Positions 37,651-64,000 of a stretch of DNA of 64,000 nt are shown one piece after another. Below the pieces are notes generated by a model. That model saw only the letters and a program-made list of their open reading frames with translations. It searched no databases and was not told the DNA's origin. The position numbers were made by a program, and so were the translations under genes. The stretch's first letter is position 1; each line of letters opens with the position of its first letter. Origin of the DNA: Gekko japonicus (lineage: Eukaryota); NCBI RefSeq assembly GCF_001447785.1, contig NW_015162494.1, forward strand, positions 599,559 through 663,558. The letters are read 5' to 3'.

Positions 37651-39970
37651 CACTGGATTACAGAAGTGAGGGTTATAAATTATTTCAACAGAAAACAATT
37701 GCTAATTGGAATTTTTGCTAACAAATAAGTTGCCTATCAGCTATTTTCTTCTGAAGTCAAACAACTACTTTCATACACCTAAAGACACTAGTTTATGTGT
37801 GCACACACAAGTACATAAATATATACATGCACATGCTCACAGACTACTGGGAACATCAGAACAGTTGAGATATTTCCATATCACTCCCAAAGCCACAGTT
37901 TTAGTATATGTGGAATCAAAAGCTCTTTCCATCATTACGATTTTGGCACTCCTACCTCGTGTAGTGGGACAGTCCACTATGCATACTACTCTCAATATCG
38001 ATTTGCTATTCTGTGAAGATTGGGCCACATGCATATTTTCCAACTTTAGTATATATGAACATGTACATCTAGGTTTCTGATCGTATGGACTCGAGCTGGA
38101 GGAGACACACATTGTACCCCTACTTACACAACAACGCAAACATGCATATTAAGAGGACTGTTCATAGTAATCGCCTGATATGTGAGGTAGACGCCTCAAA
38201 ACCATGATTGAAAATGGCTAATGATGCATACCTAGCAAATGTTTGAAAATGGGATATTTGTGCATTGTTTCCTTTAAAGAGGACCCAAGTATAAACTCCT
38301 CATTATGGACAAGGAGTACATGTTACAGTCAGGTATATCCCTGACTGTACATATATTGTCACAGGTCACTGTAGGGTCAGCCAGATAAGATGACAGCCAC
38401 AGTACACGCAAACCACATTTTTGAGTTTTTAATCTCAAGATCACAGGTTGAAGATCTCAGGTAGGAGGACTTGGAAAGACTTGAGACCCAGAAGTCCTGC
38501 CACAAGAGAGGAGCAGAGCTGGTTTGCCATTACCTTCCTCTGCGTAGCAACCCCAGGCTTCCTTGATGGTCTCCCATCCAAGTAATAACTGTGGCCAACC
38601 CTATTTAGCCCCTAAACTCCAATAAACTTGGGTTAAACCAGATTATCCAGGGCAGCAATCATAAATACTGATGGCTGTTGCCTTTACTTTGTTGAGAAGC
38701 CTTTGGTTTTGTGGGGTGTGTCCATAATGAACATTTCCTAGTGGCTGGTATATTACATAAGATATCAGCAGAGGAACTGTAGGTATATTGATTTCATTAG
38801 GAGAAATTCATCGTTCCATGAATGGTACTCATTGGAACTATTTAAAAGGTTCATAAATATTTAGTGATGCAGTTTGAAATCAGAACTCAAATTCGTAAAA
38901 ACTATCAGTCTTGGGTGACTAAAACACTGCTCAGGATTCCACAATTAAGGGCCTATATATAAGTGTCCCAATTTCCACAGCTGCCATGGGGCTACAAGTC
39001 CCAGAGGTGTCAAATGGAGCAGCCAGTGCTATGAATCTTTGGAAATCAGGCCAGTGCAGAACAACAACCATTTCAGGTTACTGCATTTACAAGTCACCTA
39101 TTAAACTGCAAAGACAGAAGTCACAGAACGCTCAACAGTGGCTCCAGCTCATACAACCAAGTGGAAATTCCCTCTCGAGGAACACAGTTCATTTAGAATG
39201 CAATGTGTCACAGGAAGCCTCGTCATTCTAATAGGGTCTCTTGTTACTGTAGGCGGGAGATGGGGCAGATTTAGTTCCCAACACAATGATATCTCAAAGG
39301 CATTGCTTTACTTTTGTCCTTTAGAGGTGAATAGCAGCCTTTCAGTTTGCTAAGAAACACAAAATGAGCACACTTGAGTATTCTAGTGAGATGGGATCTA
39401 AATGTGCTTAGGTGTCTCCTGCCCAGCTGAGTCCCAGATCACAGTCCATTTGCCTTCACAGGTATAATGGAGGTTGTTGAGTCTACCCCTAGCTACCCAG
39501 TTCACATTAGGCTTTCCCATTCCTGGTCATGTTACACAGCAACAAAGCCAGCACACAGGAGGGTCCCACTAAAACAGAGATCATCCACAGGGCCCAATTA
39601 ACTCAGCAGGAGCCGATTCCCAATTGACATGCATCTTCAAAACCATCTTCGCCATTGACTTGTGCATATCTTACTTTCTGCCACAACAGAACACCTTCCC
39701 ATCAAAGATATATGCCACAGATTGTTCCATGGCATTATCCAACGTGCAATCCATGAGGATGCCTGAATCAAAATGGGCTACTTTTGTTCCAGTAAATAAT
39801 CTTGCACTCTCCCCTCCCCCCAGGAATGGCACTTGAAAGACACACAGTTTAGAAGATGCTTCGAGCAGATCGATTTCCCCTTCCGCGTTTTACTTTCTGA
39901 GCCTCATGAAGTGCAATGAACCCTTCTCTATGCTTGCCCAGAAGTGGGGAAGACTTTTTATATGTACAAG

Positions 39971-40271
39971 CAGAGGTCATTTCGGGGGGGGATCACGGGG
40001 GGTCGCAGTTCCCCCGAGTGAGGTATGGGGGGCGGGGCACATGACGAAGCCCCACCCCCCTGCTTCCGGCCACCCCGCCTCCGGCCCTCATTCAGCCAGG
40101 AGGAGGCAGGAGAAGAGGGAGGGTAAGTTGCTTCCTCCCTGCCTCTCCCCACCCCTGCCTGCCTGGGGCCAGGGAGGGCCTTCGCGGGGCTTCCTTGCAC
40201 TCCCGCCGGCCGCAAATGCTAATGCGTTATGCTAATGAGTTCCCCTAGCTCTTTTTCTACGAAACGACCCG
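39971..40271. mobile_element. Second copy of the same short hAT element
   Basis: Aligns with 27812-28152; TSD TGTACAAG on both sides. Confidence 0.88.
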
Positions 40272-42547
40272 TGTACAAGCATTGTGATTAGGAAATGAGC
40301 ACCTTAAAGCATGCATCCACAGTCCTAACTTTGCCTTTGATTACATGATACAAATGGTCTTCTCCCCCTTCTCAGTTTCAGGGAAGTTTTTGTGTGAATT
40401 TCTTCTGCCCCGCACACTATTTAATGTATTTGAGACCTTAAAAACGAAACATTTTCTGGCCTGAGGAAATTAGGATTAGGAAATGCACACCCCACATCTG
40501 TAGTCTGTTGTGGCTTCAACAATCCTCCTCCTCCTCCTTTTCTAAGAGCAAAAAGCCTGCTCTGTCCTCGTCAGGTTGCTTTGGGGAATATCTTCTTTAG
40601 TGTATGAAACTAATATCCAGCAAACCCCAGCTATGCAAAAATCTGTTATCTGGTCTGCAAGTGGTTCCATTTCATTGCCTTACTGGTAGGCCTGGGATCA
40701 TCAAGTCTGTGTGGAAGCGATGATGCTGGAATAATTGGTGTGATGGCACCACCAGGTGGGCACATAAAAGATAACAGCACCTGCTCTGAACATTTTAAGT
40801 ATGACTGAAAAAAACAAGTTGCCACCCTCATTTTGAAGATTACAGCACAGTTTGAGCTGCAGTCTCCTTCTAAATATTTGCACTCTGTGCACACGAATTT
40901 CATGCGTGCTTGGATCTGTGATCTGGGACATTAATCCAATACAGATGTCAAATGACAAGCAGAAGATAATCTGTTCAATGCCTCCTTTAAAGCAGATGAA
41001 GGCAAACAGTAGAACAGCTCTTCCTAGGATGCTGGGGCAAAGGGAGTATAGTTGCCTCCAAGAAAGCAAGCAAATCAATAAATGCCCTAATTTGAGGATG
41101 TTCAAGCAACCCAGTTCTCTTCTCCCTGTCTTGCGTTCATTTAATCCAGAATCTCTCTCGGGCTAAATATCACTGCGTGTTCTACTAAAAAGCCCAGTAT
41201 GATGAACTTCAATGAAAGCCTGTTTCAAAGGCAAAGCTCTGGAGCAAGGGAATGAAGTGTGTTAGAACCGAGGATGAGTGATTGTCCAGCAAATCCATTT
41301 GGTTTGGAGACAGGAATGTGGTTATAATGGCACACTAGCATAACACTGTATTTTGTATGCCAGAATAACAGTGTATTTTGCTCAGCACTCAAGGAACAAT
41401 TTGATCTCTGGACAGATGTCTGCATTACATCAAAAGGCACTTTCAGAAAGTCAGTGAACTTCCCTCGCCCATCCTAAGGCAAAAACATTATCAATTTATT
41501 TATTCAAAAATGTATACACCACTTCTCCTTCTGGCTCAAGATCCAATACATATTTTGGCATCTAATTCACACCAAGCTTCCTTGTACTAATCACCTGTAA
41601 CTACAGATATGCTGATCAGCTCAACTTGGTAATTTAAGAGATATAATATTGCCTACACATTTCCCTTTAGTCCCACTATCCTTGGCTGTTCAGCCCTTTG
41701 CTCAACCATCGACTTCTCTTGCCTTTCTTTTTTTTAGGGAAGGGTGTTTCCTGCTACTCAGAACAATGCCAAGTTTCCTGCAGCCTCTATCACTGGCCTT
41801 TCCTTTCCTTAAGGTCATTCTGCCTTCACTTAGGTCATGCCTGCTGCTCACCTTCCTTTAGGTATCTGCCTCCGAGATCTCTTCCCACTTAGCTTTCTAG
41901 TACTCACAGCGGCAATCCTAAACTGGACAATCCTAAATCCTTTTGAGTCCACTGCTTTGGACTGTATTATTAGACTTCCTGTCTATCTCTCTCTCTCTCC
42001 CTGTATTCTTGTTTCGAGGTTCAGCATACAGTATTTCTGGCCAAGTTCACCTTTCCCTTTCTTTCAAGAAGGTGTGCTAGTGTTAGCATTCTTTTGCTGA
42101 TGCCATCAGTTTCATGGAAACTCCATCAATGGTTGTGCAAGAGCCACAGGAAAGTTTAGGATTGTGTGCTGTATTATCAACAATAGTGTGTGTGTGTGTG
42201 GGGGCTGTGCTGTATTTTTTGCCTGCTATAACTCAGGGATGCAAAATGAGTTTATTGCATGTGCTTCCACGTACCCATCTGTGAGGATGCTTCCTCAGGG
42301 ACACTGAAAAAGGCATGACATTGTGATACTTCTCTAGGGTGCACCCCCCCCCCTCAACCATCTGTACTGGCCAGACAAGGTATTTTATATTCTAAATGCA
42401 GAACGGAATGCTAACATTAGTTATACGGTACTGTGGAATAATATTTTTAAAAGCCCTTCATGAGCACATGAAGAGCTGTTTACATAATTGTATTACATTT
42501 ATTATTTATAAATTACCAACCTTTGTGTTTCATGAAGGAAGAAGAGG

Positions 42548-42823
42548 AGGAGGAGATTGGATGTATACCCTGCCCTTCACTACCTGAAGGTGTCTCAGAG
42601 TGGCTTACAATTTCCTTTCCCTTCCCCTCCCCACAACAGACATCCTGTGAGGTAGGTGGGGCTGAAAGAGCTCTCCCAAGAACTATCCTTGAGAGAACAG
42701 GTCTGAAATAAATTGTGACTGATCCAAGGTCACACCAGCAGCTGCAAGTGAAGAAGTGGGAGGGAAATCAAACCTGGTTCTCCCAGAGTCCACGCTCCTA
42801 ACCACTACACCAAACTGGCTCTC
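42548..42823 (-). mobile_element. tRNA-derived SINE (family C)
   Basis: Aligns with 61553-61828(-) and 56950-57210(+); purine-triplet tail. Confidence 0.8.
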
Positions 42824-42869
42824 AGTGATTAAAATCACTTGTTTTATTTTTGCAAACCTACAGATACTA

Positions 42870-43372
42870 AAGTCTTCTTATTGCAGTTGCAGGGTTTAGT
42901 AAGAAGAGGTCTTAGAGAAGTCCACAAAAAAACGCCACACAACATTTTGGAATCAAACCAGGCCACTGTTTTTATTGAATATAGACCAAGGAGCACTGAC
43001 AAAGCATGGGGCTGGATCCTGGAGAATCAAGCGACCTGCCTGCCGCTCAATCACAACGTCCTGCAACCCGCCTGCTGAGGAAAACCCAGGGGTGACAAAT
43101 ATTATTGGTATCACAAGGAGATGGTGGGTGGGGATCCAACAAGAATCACACTGCCGGACCCTACCAGCAACATGGCTTAAATCACTCCAGGCAGGCTCTA
43201 CGTCACCGCTTTTCAGCGCCTGCTGAAATTCAAACTGGCCAACTGGGCTGATTCCAGATGACACGGGGCCAGCCAATGTAGTCGCCCAAGGCTCCCGCCT
43301 TTGCCGTCCATTAGGCAAAAAGAGCAGGGGGGAGCCTCCTCCAGCCCTCTCCGGCCCGCACACGTAAGTCTT
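42870..43372 (-). mobile_element. LTR-like or tyrosine-recombinase-retroelement-like solo repeat in the DECR1 3'UTR
   Basis: CpG-retaining block of about 490 bp bounded by direct AAGTCTT repeats; AATAAA followed by a GT-rich tract on -; family unassigned. Confidence 0.5.
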
Positions 43373-43465
43373 GACCATGTTTAGTTTCATTTCTGTATTG
43401 AATTAACTGATTACAGTACTTTTGAAAAAAAATGGGCAAAAAGTAGTAACCCCATCCCCTCCAAA

Positions 43466-62643
<19,178 letters not shown>

Positions 62644-63429
62644 GTTTTGCCGGAGAGGGGCCAAAAAAGGGGATGTGTGCAGATTCCTAAACAGGCCCTA
62701 CTCTGTGTACAAAAGGGTCGGTATTGGGCGGAGCCATTTGATGGTCTCATGAAGACACGCCTACTCAGAATTCCACCGTGAACGAGTGCAAACGGGCAAT
62801 GCCTTCTTCCTCGGTTATTGTCGTCATTGTGTGGCGGCTGGATTTCTCGGTTACTTTTAATGCTCTCATCCCCGCTTGCAGCCGGGTAAAAGCAGCCGCT
62901 GCCCAATCCAGGTTTTTAGCCTGGCTATGACTGGCTTTCGAGCAAGGGAACCTTTACCTTTTTATGCTATACAACATATTAAGACAGATTTAATGTGCCT
63001 TTCGAGCAAGGGGACCTTTACCTTCACACGCTATACAACACATTAAAGACAGATTTCATGTGTCCTTTCTAAACCACGTCTTATTACTTAATTCGTGTGG
63101 AAAATATGACTTTCTGAAGTTTTAAAGCATTGCAACACCTGACATTTCAGCCATGGCAACTTACTCGTTTCCCCCTCTCCCCCGTCCTTTCCCTCCTCTC
63201 CCTTTCAGTAGGTGGGAAACGAAACCGGAAGCCAGGCAGTGTCTTGTGTCTCGATGGTCACGGGGGCGCCAGAAGGGTAAATGGCGCATGCGCGCTGGAG
63301 ACGAAGACGAGGAAGACGGCGGGTTGTGTTGAGATTGGTCCCTGCCCTGACTCGAAGGGCGGCCAGGAATCCGCGCCGTGAGAGGGCGGAAAGGGAGCGA
63401 AGGAGACGGTTGTCGACGTTTCCCTCAGG
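62644..63429. promoter_or_regulatory. Divergent DECR1/NBN CpG-rich promoter region
   Basis: NRF1 GCGCATGCGC 63284-63293, ETS CCGGAAG 63225-63231, YY1-like AAATGGCG 63279-63286, CCAAT and GC boxes (about 62723-62731, 63334-63389). Confidence 0.8.
62935..63063 (+). repeat. 64-bp imperfect tandem duplication
   Basis: CTTTCGAGCAAGGG.ACCTTTACCTT...GCTATACAACA.ATTAA.GACAGATTT.ATGTG twice. Confidence 0.9.
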
Positions 63430-63466
63430 ATGTGGAAACTGGTTCCAGTCGCCGAGCCCAGTCCAG
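63430..63466 (+). CDS. NBN: Nibrin coding exon 1 (gene continues beyond the window)
   Basis: ATG MWKLVPVAEPSP+G |gtgagg; resembles the NBN N-terminus MWKLLPAAGPAG and its 37-nt first coding exon as recalled; expected synteny. Confidence 0.88.
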
Positions 63467-63912
63467 GTGAGGGGGAGGAGATGGGAAGGGCGGTCGTGCG
63501 CGGTCTGACTCTGGTTTCACGCATGTTTGAAATGTGACCTTTGCTGCTCTGGGGAGATGAGGAAAGGAGCACCAGCCCCGTCCTGATGAGGGAAGAAGGT
63601 GTGTGCCTCGCTTACACGGAAGCATGATGCCTGTTGCATTTGTTTAAAATCCTTAGTTTAGCAGAGTGCGCAAAAGGCTTGCAACGCAGCAGAAACCTAT
63701 CTGGTCAGTGCGTGCTGGTAAGAACAAAGTTATGCACGGAGCCTCTTTGTATTTTTCAAAACTAATATGAGCCCTTTATTTAAGGAACTCCATTTCTAGA
63801 CAGTATAAAGAAGAGACAGTTTCTAATCTAGTCTACTAACTAGGATGGGTGGAGATTGCAAGACATGTCCTGCTCTTATGGCGCCAAAATGAAGAGATCA
63901 TGGCATCGCCTC

Positions 63913-63990
63913 TTGTAAGCCGCCCTGAGCCCGCTTGCGCGGAGGGCGGGGTAAAAATACCTAAATAAAATAAATAAATAAATAAATAAA
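63913..63990 (+). mobile_element. L2-type 3' tail
   Basis: TGTAAGCCGCCCTGAGCCCGC...GGAGGGCGGG followed by (TAAA)n. Confidence 0.7.
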
Positions 63991-64000
63991 ATTGTTTGTT

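Noticed and set aside
42953-43390. 145-aa ORF in the DECR1 3'UTR
   Set aside because: Lies within the putative repeat insert; no recognisable protein features
62644-62664. Upstream start for DECR1 (MAPLRQN...) in the ORF track
   Set aside because: Begins at a non-ATG codon; the ATG at 62643 has good Kozak context and gives the expected length

Overview
Vertebrate genomic DNA; the repeat content points to a squamate reptile, probably a gecko (inference). It holds the conserved CALB1-DECR1-NBN block. CALB1 (calbindin-D28k) is complete on + with 11 coding exons (3451-34374, 262 aa). DECR1 (mitochondrial 2,4-dienoyl-CoA reductase) is complete on - with 10 coding exons (62643-43466, 337 aa) and one GC-AG intron. 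NBN coding exon 1 is on + (63430-63466), head-to-head with DECR1 across about 0.8 kb. Exon boundaries were read from the sequence, and lengths and phases add up to open frames. Introns are full of transposon remnants: L1, L2, CR1, Penelope-like elements, tRNA- and 5S-derived SINEs, hAT non-autonomous elements and a Copia fragment. I find no new multi-gene system. The best leads are a one-ended Copia insertion inside a 180-bp perfect duplication, a 2.7-kb hAT-ended element with non-coding GC-rich cargo, a cluster of substitutions in CALB1 EF-hand 5, an insert that adds a poly(A) signal to the DECR1 3'UTR, and Penelope-derived inverted repeats with hammerhead-like cores. Comparisons to human and chicken proteins are from memory, not from a search.
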